Positions 45,401 to 49,625 of a DNA stretch of 64,000 nt are shown in pieces; the stretch's first letter is position 1, and each line of letters opens with the position of its first letter. Position numbers and translations under genes: made by a program. The notes under the pieces were generated by a model. The model saw only the letters and a program-made list of their open reading frames with translations, was not told the DNA's origin and did not search any database. Source of the DNA: a bacterium (lineage in GTDB: Bacteria; RBG-13-61-14; DATKZS01); contig CAXXFL010000006.1 of NCBI GenBank assembly GCA_963674965.2, forward strand, positions 800,001-864,000, read 5' to 3'.

Positions 45401-45800
45401 GGCCCGAGCGGGACAGGGCGAGGAGGGAGAGGGCCGTCACCCGGATGGAGCCATAGGAGCCGTCGGGGAGATGGAGAGAAAGGAGGTGGGCGGCATTTGT
45501 CGGTTCGGGAGCGGCAAGGAGGAGAAAGGACGCCTCCTCAGCGTTGGCGGGCGAAATCGAGGTAAGGGAAGAGACGGCGTCCGTGACGTCGTGCCCATGG
45601 GCGCCGAGGGCGGCCGCGGCCAGCCCCGACCCCCGCGCGTCCACCACCGCCCCGAACCCGCCGTTCGGACCCGCCGCGCCCCGAAGCCATTCGACCCCCG
45701 CCGTAACCGCCGGGTCCTCCTCGGCCAGGCCCGGGAAAATCGGGAGCAAGATTAGCGCCTCGCAAGTGATCAAAAGCCATAAATACGATTTCAGTTTCAT
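24495..45800 (-). CDS. Giant secreted multidomain protein, 7101 aa (prenyltransferase/squalene-cyclase-like alpha/alpha repeats, CARDB repeats, FlgD-Ig, DNRLRE-like, two F5/8-type C, FG-GAP/PQQ propeller, Ig arrays, Cys/His/Gly-rich tail)
   Basis: Signal peptide ending PGLA-EE; repeated L...QN.DGSFG/W motifs; CARDB motifs (PDL.V...N.G...E.NE.NN); NVALGK/W..IDLG discoidin motifs; SSPA..D.D.DG..EV repeats; many A.DLAGN...IDK..P units; uninterrupted 21.3-kb frame. Confidence 0.92.
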   Translation of the reverse strand: MKLKSYLWLLITCEALILLPIFPGLAEEDPAVTAGVEWLRGAAGPNGGFGAVVDARGSGLAAAALGAHGHDVTDAVSSLTSISPANAEEASFLLLAAPEPTNAAHLLSLHLPDGSYGSIRVTALSLLALSRSGQPDPGARDYLFTLQNDDGSFGPGHNLLDTAIAALALHEAGSSNGRAYAFILDNRRPDGSFGPPPETAWSLLCLKAHGADLYDINLTAQSLGAMKNSDGGWSLGRDGLGNIQYAGQGSDLYATALCVWALSGTAIDVNDGLSFLIDARDVTGLWVDSSRAVKTTSTALEALRLNQAHPSTQSGAVTYLETALVYNGDQEIRRVHSLLGAGNDAAAELSAFLSSSVTDSGGFAPAGGFKSDAVVTALAIKTMDRAGIGGDALISAIDYLAGAANDDGGFGFGPGMDSSTSPTAEVIMALAPYREAHGLGAALDAALAWTLALQNGDGSFGLEPGRRTLDTALAIKALEATGDYKPEIDLGLQYLIAAQEANGSFAGDEYVTAEALLALHGYRANLEVEAAEVSISPDPAYDGDTLSVAAKIGNAGYTDAGAFSAVLYLVGGEERTALDSATVAGVLLGGSVAVDFEWNTLGHAGDWTLEVVADAGDVVFESNELDNAARVEALVNSIPDFAVFSSGIHFTPSSPSVNDAVTVSIEVYNLGDTPGYNVPIVAQEVSSGDILVSNVIASIPAGGRVTMTSTILAKAGVNAVEAEVNLQMIAGFWPAPESDSGNNAAINSLVVDVFGADLSVFSGPVFDPSEPIKGTAVGLSAQIANAGGVPIGGIEGGFYLGEPEEDGSNIIVSFADSDTLESGAIVPVSGVWATDEVDVGDHEIWVMASPLVKVGESDETNNLASAVVHLDGLDRPNLYVQSLEWSPTSPTVKDAVTFTMVVGNDGDRAVTDNFGVSLYIDEPVNYPYGWDIGNNPLYWNVGFDSLSGLESGATARLVFEFHPDLKTGGPHVLYGYVDEGKKVLETTRSDNLINAAFELIVPYEPDFTLGPDAVSFNPTCPNYGQLTDVTVRVDNRGPAGGSDVLVRVYKGNPDFLGEVVHEESVSYIAGDSATSVAFQLDPGDAYGEVPLFFEVDPDDSIVELYEDNNDAYAGLKINAADLTVWMTDVEFDPEVPAELSLTSISVTVRNLGVSSARAGLSVYWKDSDDKLYLVDGATVTVPGMGEAEAVFDWYYPSGAEAVVAVVDEAGLIIEPNEDNNRAERSLNPLRSPVIFSSVASDPPVFSPLYSPFVKDETRLSFGLSDDAVVMANIYDASGALIEEIVTPGPLAAGTTGIDWNGRNIVTGLSAADGEYSAKLGALVPGLQIAKYWDGESEFWEGQLGSNGIGITINGELRLRRDSHITVAEEYPDNGFDPDDHFKVFDNRRIGWTGLVDGFPGLSREIYWFFDFTGIAPGTPINNARLKYYQGGFYHLAPLLDPDKVKFYRLTSQYEVDELSWNNRPSESELEPVSVNTESDGVFGGNWYTSDLSEVAQGWIDGEYPNYGILMRHEGGLARVELDSLAVQYEFNGIYKWCMPKLLVKGQEGSDLYSIKARYDSLGTWTGVYDSGSKGTAWKQLILDGSRPFGTGVKSRYKSAETLAELELAAWSEYSSVLGSADLSVRGRYLEIEAALESYTGQYTPSIDKIVAVGVKNVVPELFAETGYHEDGEALELAGSPSVYAASNGKYRMYASDLVGNIISAVSNDGGITWTRESGTRISGPGVSDPFVVSERDGSLSVLVVEDGETTSGLVRYISEDGLALERDAVLAEADDWGFAYMGSPSIISLDDGLKRLFLVGDDGSGNAIHSAISDDGSSWTLEEGPRLGLDAFPSATEILSAEVSRRGGGQYAMLASVSEDGGPVLYELYSLDGLGFVSEPAKVGEVSNPCFVREITGVYKIFGDGSSGVFSLSASPETTVIVDDAPPDVYISSPVSGSRQSASIVIEGGATDLNFQEYELSYSLGGSSWTEISIPPSQSLQEVMNGALGTWNVSDVVDGSYSIRLEARDLAGNESEYAVDGVIVDNAGSAALADALNAPSIERPEEGDLFHASPISVTGLSGYSTRVELYREVGEVDKDDSAAVKLEWLVDPARGEHVGTGVANNGKTARLAETDANVALGKTVIPITGCGRDWPHFAEAITDGIWDDGSRGWEVCPGVSNSPYWIGIDLGRYYPAIFKVGLHKPAKNGGVKNFRIWASSTGAFAGEERVICSGVMPYAYYGEGGAEAYVQPAVRSGARYLRIEVVDAYEYLGKVTSGGFDEVEVFALYETSGEFLSEVFDAGLEMAADKISWAEDLADGTGVAVYARAGASQVPDAGWSEWVRIENGAGVSADIIGEYWQIRAVLSSDDPGVTPAVEGLDVSGHWTGWEFSSSAYTYGGDGPSAAVNPSSAGDFSTGVYGSFTNVDSERDTELLSLSYGQGVNVALGKPSSQSGVQWSARVLFDGDTSQNLTKYGGWIEVDLEGIYDLSSIRLANGTDPALGTREYRITSSISGDFSADETLLVEDAFLESDDPERLHVMPSDQLIKAGHVRVYLDGHYGKSAALSEVEVYAGYAQSGEFISDAIDLGVETDFGRAQWTSTTPEGTAIEVSVRSGDAADPSSWGGWTTLVNGQVLPESLNGGYLQYRVQMSSSDRFITPTFDELVITREGAQGNFAFSGVELNAGLNTFRARAFADLASSPVSEEVSVHYLGGGPTLAVSYPGEGSALTGEVSITGTAADAEGFGSYLLEYVSPGGSLFSITPSPVLEPVEDGILARWDTGGLVDGDYILRLSAVDIHGHEALLTRSVVIDHELPAAPVITYPTETGQPITVTSRVTDVSGTSEPDARVELYIGSELAASTDTDASGGFAFDSVTLGEGENILYAEAIDSNDNRGPRSDSISITVDGVELLASLDSVSYPAGTDVICGYTIMDVQGGRTFYNVSYKVMDAGGAVRGSGSASNVEAETAASFIWNTDGYQPGAYEFTVLVYDLEGALMESLALPFTVEADRSLSVTLVADAGSYNSSETMKFTARINSDSENYTFTSLAADFVLLDDGSAVVYSDQAETSSLVKGGHMDVPFNVIHAAYQAGIYTATVTVNEGSTTLGESTLSVRVLQDSIDKALFSRLTLEPDNVRSGAPLTASYGLRNVGNVDFTDLNARLSIRPLEGDTAVAAESTHVVTLLRGESISLSDAFSVDDWTEGYYAAVLSVGTTTLNAKSFLVDLSPPVSELLIGDPSYSSGATLYVSPETVFGLSAEDNFSPTAVTEYRVGEGDWIAVTGDFRLGFEGLETLSYRSRDLAGNVEEKKTIEVVVDPLPPEMAITDVSEPYYAHGLVAYVQPGPECGDTCELVLSVDVSDDYVGVETSEYKVDSGAWTTAPPSGQISTDAASQTLSFRLSDHLGHVSVISYQIKLNDHPSISVGLEESPDCFYFGDSFDLEVGVHNRESSPHSGVIHLTLLSPDDLPLDIKSVPFEIGANGYLDAVSGFATDPAWTYGRYKVEAEIESGELTYRPYQFPFGGYTSFYPRLEEYVSIEPLSSDYSVLYAGTTNDITMIVAGSNQACHTSQALITAELRDSMSGVIWSHTASTDIVDTRMMTLPLLFPDLPFGEYTLDYRIEWPLNHSASGSRTLLSQVAGSIVKDNQRVKYHDELEVTVSMVNPGNFHQPVSVRAHVPDLGIVSDAAELELTPGGPSGAAAVTAFESLPDDVAPGTYPVHVEATIPSGDTIGWVTSFTVAPIDPDVVASFDKDSYIAGDVLEVTFSITAGSEFGGTIPADFHVEAADLGGFVDDKTIELSVTPYAAVYSLTIPPDSISGVHFIDVSISLPNGEELEKTFAYYVPTSKLELSFSGTALSAGDTAEFTLANAGGVETDFEYFIEMDRSDLGYANRLAEGAGSVGTGGESLPLVFQIPETIKSGEYHVKCQVLDLGNGHHGVKHAMLAITGTDASLSAWTDQDVYNAVGGASDPITAEYEFSFGGGSTIDEALLDLKIVRLEYVQREPLDSWPKFRGDLANTGASSLSTDIGPGDVLWSAYLEAEVDASPVIADMNHDGVNDVVIVTRDNSFNFGGESLFVYSGVDGATLAINHDVHASATPAVGEIIDNGIHGYEVGLLVSLPAAEGYDLELLDVDLAEVERFYIQGGPVLSSPVIFPAGVSQVPYVTYQPGYIVEQSSGGCDVFLVNGDHAVIVNPNDASDNIILDSDPNEPAYGEIRGGGPSSAAVHDLDGDGEPEIIYGWARALSDSCHPELGAWMIGGVHAFNLDGSLSWSFSPYVSGLPGPLAAPVLSSPAVSDIDMDGVLEVVYLQYGATSDASHALVALSIADGDSPTVLWTSFQENPGLMISGMSSPAIADLDPSSPGLEVVVGSEKEDNPGVFAFNSDGSLAWSFTSIGPVKSSPIALDVDGDGALEVICQGAGVTTVYALNGEDGSVEWSIPVSGISSAAAGDINGDGKADLVIASSDGQIFALGEYPLPPEEVELPGVTNGGFEQGDYGWQLYDDDSLWGGYFQVGSTFDGVSSPDGSDFAALRTGPYYIELSQEITLPEGVEKIAFDLYFLTNEEPGAGNASYFSYLMDDAWNYFGGFGAMLDEMTLYSSSGADFLYETGWLPIEYELDFSSSGGSGGEGGEGEGEGETGSVFTLYFGLETDSIDSAILLDNVRFIGLDQSAGEVEEELVSEILWHDTIHYSDLASGTLEGGSDPAGSLSATGQLYLLAELEGPVSGGSETVTWAKDRYPFLVVDGDYSLSLLVAPLTVKSGDGVTVSSQIEFYGLEAPEGVELEITRRGPDGTSSEIGSWPMDFSAGNTISILSGFTADVPGQVIIEASLTQDQNLLSRQVEVITVLEPDVSINVYSPEYAGSEPFAIDVVLTNNVDLPMDLTVAVGAGASDEESKSASIGAYETVVLTYYKQIQDDALFTIAVEGDFADEEQALVLYGLNARVDVLGNGTGVYKSGQVAIPFEVIGDGRVDGFYDVEFELFDSASQPVTTDSRVVFLQGRELYEDPDVASDELYFSLGEGDYRLDYYIDGDSGSYYFQVKSSEGVLTLSASASYREGIVSIPYTIENAGDFDEVFTAGFTLLSGAEILDENSATVSLPAGSLSSPYPGVYHGRLEYSLAPGDYEVQYSLDPVNGSGSVYFEVLTAVDISLASSLGDSEDGAREASALVTNNSSYDFQGLVSLETSFWSEYFFVSLAAGESLEYSGVMYLDDAETGSHELEASVSDLIGNEVASQTIPFEVGGPVFRVAFAPSSLTANAGDDIEAALLIENSGEKSGVATLAVFCPNLGLNDSAELYIFPGDTAMGAATVSIPYTAGDTVTSLEFEISTSEGELGTPSTGTIPITIQGLSIEASASLDKANYAMDDAASMTIDVINRNGISGAPLEAAVDYDGNEYVLPFILDADSNAVTFEIPVGDMTDPRAVFTIRHQDEGPELAAGFVLIQEDYILVSLYTDKPAYYPGDTVTVVAQALFGGTMDISALSGGVEWEISLEPDTPESVQFQLPADQVAGAQMIDYVFMGYDLEYRYQVLDDDVAIVDLKTDKSVYLMDDEIAAHLIIDSAISMDGAVEFQVQDPDGVTSALGTASASLEPGISDLDGGPRSFSAQTFGEHELYATLYADTAMSVAKSVEVVKFTVADYGIVGVSCDQAEYESRVEGASCLVTLFGWDVTGDLTILLDGTTVVSASIHLYGETAYAVTLDSEEISGLGQHQLGAVFASGPGFLMDASTVFTAVDTIKPTITLYSPEDHLVWGYPVDLVFSAEDQNLSNTSSTVDGLSVEAGDVVMDEGEHVISLYAEDLAGNTAALSSEFTLDFTPPVIAITGVMADLYANSEVVPLIDIQDSLSEVADFACYLDGAEYAPGSPIGDGWHALEVYAVDEADNLAYEVIEFGIDMQPPLIDPDAEAGYYNEDLTFTPSVTDNIEASGGVVVLKDGSTWLSTNFGDQITLAEEASYALILEATDIAGNYVYLEVAPIVIDKTKPILSIVGVSDEGYYGAGVTLHATVIDVNRDPSSEAFLINAEANAYDADIFIGDDGEYSLILEATDLAGNTAAPIDLTFTIDKTKPTIDIGIAPSCYGTVQTTTPTLEEDNLAESRLTVFHGAASDLFDFGDSLVLDQDTAYYIEGYAKDLAGNEKTVLVGPMVIDLIAPEVNADVTSGYYNHDVEFNPTALDANLVYAPITVYMDGTTVIETEVGSTVVLADEGTYTVVVQGVDCTGRTSQVTVSGVVIDKTKPEIVVTGVSDGEFYGAGVTLEGTVNDANRDPAGEALEINALAYGMDTSIELTDDGSYALHAEAADLAGNTAALVDMTFTIDKSAPEIDLGVTSGCFNQALTFTPTLTEANASQSWVRVSYGATVDEHAFGESVTLSAENVYIISGWAMDLAGNSVTAQAGPVIIDLTAPAVTANVASGYYNDYVTFTPEADDANLTASMVTVVKDGSTLSSAEPLAAVTLTEEGDYTVVIEAWDCAGNSVEETVSGVVIDKTPPTILITGVTDGVTYDSQVIPHVEVTDLHHDHHEITLNGLPFASDTPVTEDGVYLLAVHAVDLAGNSADDSLTFEISTEVGTCDLEIDKYVTDPSPWVLVWLREGKKHSMDPDEVGAWIGAVLTDMEVPHLAVYEEDNFLAEMRSGLYNVFIVVNVGKTDEINYELWGRVLAGDGMIAFKNFPEELPQARDLLGVHWEGRRSNNINVVTMYDSDLTPSVSFTVIGKKSAVNMEMLDAEAMGYFTDGRCQGHDYDPGAALNSEGLGRVLSYSFNPAAVDCDDQVVIDQLLVDSVYYVTPAVSTVSPLGVVSVSLDVTNLGSDDHYRIDEYPAPELETVWASDGSLILPDKITWLRYLEMNVMASMQFRVRFPDLVGDYSSVTEASYLTGGTFHLCDGLSASINLSTDSWDLIASIETQLDDLPIPDCCQGHNGGCGDCGCGHGGCCGYGHGYGGCGDCNCGDGGCGNGGGNGGHGNRGLYEGAYGYLGYYQTLGYGDGLQNIEPRGFGLYNLYPFTGGDDDREMDDRCGGGHGGGNGGNGGNGGHGGNGGHGGNGGHGGNGHCQDDCRRDDALAYLSRITPDLEDDQEGAEDAIDYILDAMAEVNAIEEADVEDVLIDLARLLTIWQAKSVTAAE
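24722..24818 (-). repeat. Tandem GGN/GGH tripeptide-coding repeats
   Basis: Encodes GGGHGGGNGGNGGNGGHGGNGGHGGNGGHGGNGH with varied codons. Confidence 0.8.
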
Positions 45801-45873
45801 ACTTCAGCCCCTAATGTTTTATCTGTAATTTTTATACTCTCGCGGGTGACCCTTATTCAACACCGCCTATATG

Positions 45874-46716
45874 TCACATGTTATTAATTATTGTCAAAGC
45901 CTCTTGATATTGTTTTCTCTTATCATCATCGGATTCATCATTAATGTTTTGCTCAATAATATTTATTACATCATCCTTATATTGGCCTGAATTAGCAAGG
46001 GCAAAGGCCGCTGCCTTTCTTACATCAGGATCGATATCATTCAATTTAGGTATTAATGACATTACAGCTTTTCGAGATTTCGAGAGATGATATGAAAGAG
46101 TGTTTATAGCGACCTCGCGTACAATCGGCATTTTGTCATCAAGCTTTTCAATCAGAGTAGGGATAATAACGTCTTCATTTTTTCCAGCGTTACCAATAGC
46201 AATAATAGCTAGAGTTCTTATTGCATCATCATCGTCTTTAATTGAACCTAAAATATTATCTAACTCTGGCAGGGCTTTTTCTCCATAATATGAAAGTGAA
46301 ACTAAAGCGGAGCGTTTTATTCTATCGTCATTCGAGTCAATTTTCTGTGATATCATTGGTACCGTAGATGATGGTTTATATTTTAATTTGCCTAAAGATA
46401 TTATCGTCTTGGATTGAACTTCTACATCTTCGTCGTTAATACTATTAATCAACTTTGGGCCTATTATTTCGGAATATACTACGTATTGCCCTAGTACTGA
46501 AGCGGATTGGCGACGGTCTTCAATCTCGCCGTTTTCATATTTATCTAGCAATTTTATTACATTTCTTTTCCATCTGCATTCTCTTATTGCGGGAAAGATA
46601 TAGATATCTGAAGATATTATTAAAATAAATATTGTTGCCGAAAATATTGTTACAAACAAGATGAACGATCTTGATCTAATGGCTATTTTCATTACTCTCA
46701 CCAATTTTATTGACAT
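45874..46716 (-). CDS. HEAT-repeat protein with N-terminal membrane anchor; candidate immunity/accessory protein
   Basis: Repeated L...L.D.D..VR..A..AL motifs; AT-rich DNA; downstream of the orphan toxin tip. Confidence 0.8.
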   Translation of the reverse strand: MSIKLVRVMKIAIRSRSFILFVTIFSATIFILIISSDIYIFPAIRECRWKRNVIKLLDKYENGEIEDRRQSASVLGQYVVYSEIIGPKLINSINDEDVEVQSKTIISLGKLKYKPSSTVPMISQKIDSNDDRIKRSALVSLSYYGEKALPELDNILGSIKDDDDAIRTLAIIAIGNAGKNEDVIIPTLIEKLDDKMPIVREVAINTLSYHLSKSRKAVMSLIPKLNDIDPDVRKAAAFALANSGQYKDDVINIIEQNINDESDDDKRKQYQEALTIINNM

Positions 46717-46744
46717 GAAACTATTTTCATTTATTTTTATTATA

Positions 46745-47068
46745 TTAATTACCCCATTTAAATAAACCGTAAAAATATATCCCGATATATACTAGCCAAG
46801 TTAGCAACGATAATGACATTAATAATATGGGCCCAACGTCATATATTGTTATATTGCTGTGGTCCAATAGAATCTTTCGACATCTAATGCTGACTAGGTA
46901 ATAAATTATAATAAATACCCCAAATACAGCGAAAGATTCCACTCCAAATAGTTCCGTTCTGAATGCTGCATAAAATGAGGTATTAATAATGAATGATATA
47001 AGCAAGATTGCTTGTATTATATTAATTGCAATCAATGATATCTTACACATTAAGCGGCTAGTTAGCAT
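46745..47068 (-). CDS. Small three-helix membrane protein; candidate immunity protein of the orphan RHS tip
   Basis: Three hydrophobic segments; AT-rich; starts 1 bp after the toxin stop. Confidence 0.65.
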   Translation of the reverse strand: MLTSRLMCKISLIAINIIQAILLISFIINTSFYAAFRTELFGVESFAVFGVFIIIYYLVSIRCRKILLDHSNITIYDVGPILLMSLSLLTWLVYIGIYFYGLFKWGN

Positions 47069-47069
47069 G

Positions 47070-48785
47070 TTAATCTCTCCTGTGATTTTCTTTCCATTCT
47101 TCCACTTTATCGTCCATTATCTTCTCAGCTTCCTTCGAGACATCTTCATTAATTGTATCAGACTGGTTATGTTCAGAAAGATACTCTCCAACTGCCATAC
47201 CTCCAGCCTCCGCGAGATCAATATACGCATCATTTCCAAGACCATACCCTGCTTTAACTAAAGTAATAATACGCACCATATTAATATTTCTACATCTTTG
47301 TTCCAATACCATCATATAGGCATCGTTATCTGCCCATAAATATTTAGCGCAATCGTCATTCCATTCGCAATAATGATCATCATCACAATTATTATTGTAT
47401 TTATTAAGAATTCCCTGCTTTATACCAATTTGACAGTATGCTCGAACTAATGGCTCATTTTTCATTGCTTTATCGCCTAGCATCGCGGCACCAATTGCCC
47501 AGAGTATTACAGATCCAATTACTATTACGATTGCCAGTTCAAATAAAGTAAACATTCCAGATGGGTCAGTGAAATCTATTGGGTCGCAATATGTGTAAAT
47601 ATATTTATGCAAACTTTTCGGGTAAACATATCTTCCACCAAAATTATCTGTAGAAACAAATCTTCCCGAAACGGGGTCGTAAAGTCTGGCTCTTAGATAA
47701 TAATATCTAAGATTAAAGTCATAGGCGTCTCCCGTAAAAAGATGAGAAGTAATTGTCTGGTCGGTTGCGAACAAAAACGATCCGAAAGCGAGATAGGAGA
47801 ACGCGTTTGTGGTAGTACCCGAATTGGAGGAAAGCGCCCGTGATGACCCCAGGCCGTCGTAATGGAAGAACGAGACCGCAGCCTTTTCCTGACTGATCAG
47901 ATCGTCTCCAAATGTATAAGCCACTTCTTCAACCTGTGCCGCGTCGGTTTCGCGGAGGGCTTGGGAGTAGCCGGTCTGGTTGTTGTTGTCTATCAGGAAG
48001 CGGGTGGCGCCGTCGGGCGTCCGCTTGTATATGCGCTCGCCGCGGAAGTCGTAGGCGTAGGCGGCGGCGAGGGCGGCGTCCTTGTCGGCGCGGGCCATCT
48101 TGTTCTCGAGGTCCCACTCGTAGGCCCAGGTTTCCGACGGCCCGGCCTTGCCGGCCATATTGCCATTATCGTCCCACGCGTACGGCGTGACTCCCGAGGC
48201 CGCTGACTCGGTGAGGAGCCGGTCGTTCGCGTCGTAGGCGTAGGCCGTGACCAGGCCGCCCGCGTTCATCTGCCGGCGGTTCCCGAAGGCGTCGTAGTCG
48301 TACTCGATCCAGTAGGTGCGGTCGGGCTCGGGGGAGGTCCGCGCCTCGCGGGTGAGCCGATACAGTTCGTCATACTCGTAGGCGCACTCGTCCTCGATCA
48401 CCGGCCGCTCGGCCGTGTCGCCCTCCGCCTCCTTCGGCTCTCGGTAGCGCTCGATGATCCCCGTCCGGTTCCCCGCCGGGCCCAGCGTGTACTCATAGCT
48501 CGATATCAGCCCGCCCGGCCCCGAGTTCTCGAGGTAGGTCAGGCGGTTCAACTCGTCGAACTCGTAAGTGGCCAGTGTCCCGTTCGGATAGGCCATGCTC
48601 TTTCGGTTGCCAATGGCGTCGTAGGCGTACTCCGTGATTCCGTTGTCGTCGGTCACGGTCGCGAGGCGGCCGAGCGCGTCATGGGCGTAGGTCACCACGT
48701 GCCCGCCATAGCCGCCGGGTCCTCCTCGGCCAGACCCGGGAAAATCGGGAGCAAGATTAGCGCCTCGAAAGTGATCAAAAGCCAT
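47070..48785 (-). CDS. Orphan RHS module (partial YD core + RHS core end + about 160-aa variable C-terminal toxin)
   Basis: YD repeats, YYLRARLYDP..GRF, KYIY...DPIDFTDPSG; the first ~27 codons are an out-of-frame copy of the giant gene's 5' end; GC drops sharply in the tip. Confidence 0.88.
   Translation of the reverse strand: MAFDHFRGANLAPDFPGSGRGGPGGYGGHVVTYAHDALGRLATVTDDNGITEYAYDAIGNRKSMAYPNGTLATYEFDELNRLTYLENSGPGGLISSYEYTLGPAGNRTGIIERYREPKEAEGDTAERPVIEDECAYEYDELYRLTREARTSPEPDRTYWIEYDYDAFGNRRQMNAGGLVTAYAYDANDRLLTESAASGVTPYAWDDNGNMAGKAGPSETWAYEWDLENKMARADKDAALAAAYAYDFRGERIYKRTPDGATRFLIDNNNQTGYSQALRETDAAQVEEVAYTFGDDLISQEKAAVSFFHYDGLGSSRALSSNSGTTTNAFSYLAFGSFLFATDQTITSHLFTGDAYDFNLRYYYLRARLYDPVSGRFVSTDNFGGRYVYPKSLHKYIYTYCDPIDFTDPSGMFTLFELAIVIVIGSVILWAIGAAMLGDKAMKNEPLVRAYCQIGIKQGILNKYNNNCDDDHYCEWNDDCAKYLWADNDAYMMVLEQRCRNINMVRIITLVKAGYGLGNDAYIDLAEAGGMAVGEYLSEHNQSDTINEDVSKEAEKIMDDKVEEWKENHRRD
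48480..48707. repeat. RHS core segment shared with about 51095..51320
   Basis: Near-identical DNA encoding GGHVVTYAHDALGRLATVTDD...LTYLENSGP in both RHS genes. Confidence 0.9.
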
Positions 48786-48815
48786 AATAACGATTTCAGT
48801 TTCATTCTTTAGTTC
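48702..48815 (-). repeat. Diverged copy of the 5' end of the giant gene (45697..45810)
   Basis: MKLKSLLWLLITFEALILLPIFPGLAEEDPA (from 48805) versus MKLKSYLWLLITCEALILLPIFPGLAEEDPA (from 45800); a few substitutions. Confidence 0.93.
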
Positions 48816-49202
48816 CTATTTTATTTGCTCAAGATAATCTATTTTATCTAATTATCCCACAAAGCTCGTCTATTTAGACGACGGCCAGGGAGCAGGTCAT
48901 CCTCCGTCATAGTTAGAATTGGCCATCTCATTAATTAAAAAAAACCAAATATATCCCCCAAAAATCCCCTGACTTACAATTTATTACCACTATTTAAAGC
49001 AAATCATAATGATCTGCTGGCTATGCTCGCCCACATAGGCGAGCTATGGGTTACTCGTTGATTTAAATATATATGTGGCCTCGGCCTCACTAAGCCCACA
49101 TCCCAAGCCATGCTTTCTCCGCTTACAAATCAGGCAAATTTTATTAAAATAGATCAATTTTTCGCCTATTATACAGTAATTCCTGAATATATTTTACTTC
49201 AA

Positions 49203-49619
49203 TTAGCCTTTATCAATGCCCGCAAGGGAGAAAAGAAAGTTGTCAATAAGTCTTAACACCTGTGATTGATAACTAGTAAAGCTAATATCTTCGTATCTTC
49301 CAATTAATTCATCTTTGCCAGTTGAATACCAATAAACTTCAACCGTTAAAGTAGGTCCATCTTTTATAAGTGCAATTTTCCATGGGTCATCTAGATAGTA
49401 GATAATTGATCTTTGAATATTTTTATCTATTGTTTCATAAAATGAATATATTAAGTTGTAAATGTAATCTTCTGCAACATTTTCTAATATATTGAATTCA
49501 TCAATATATATAGAAACGGAACCGACGGCAACCTCAATACAAAATGTTAATTCATTATAATATAATAACTCCTTATCAACATCAATATAATCCAGTTCAA
49601 TATGAATTTGCTTTTCCAT
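49203..49619 (-). CDS. Candidate immunity protein of the full-length RHS toxin
   Basis: 138-aa acidic, AT-rich ORF starting 6 bp after the RHS stop. Confidence 0.75.
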   Translation of the reverse strand: MEKQIHIELDYIDVDKELLYYNELTFCIEVAVGSVSIYIDEFNILENVAEDYIYNLIYSFYETIDKNIQRSIIYYLDDPWKIALIKDGPTLTVEVYWYSTGKDELIGRYEDISFTSYQSQVLRLIDNFLFSLAGIDKG

Positions 49620-49625
49620 TTATCA

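Noticed and set aside
45538-45780. 80-aa ORF sharing its N-terminus with the orphan RHS ORF
   Set aside because: Alternative frame of the giant gene's signal-peptide region; the match comes from the DNA duplication.
45697-48815. DGR or invertible cassette suggested by the ~110-bp repeat
   Set aside because: Direct repeat at a gene 5' end with mixed substitutions; explained by duplication or displacement.
48840-49200. Small hairpins (GCTCGCC/GGCGAGC, TCGTCT/AGACGA) as REP or IS remnants
   Set aside because: Single short stems with no repeat family or transposase trace; not enough support.
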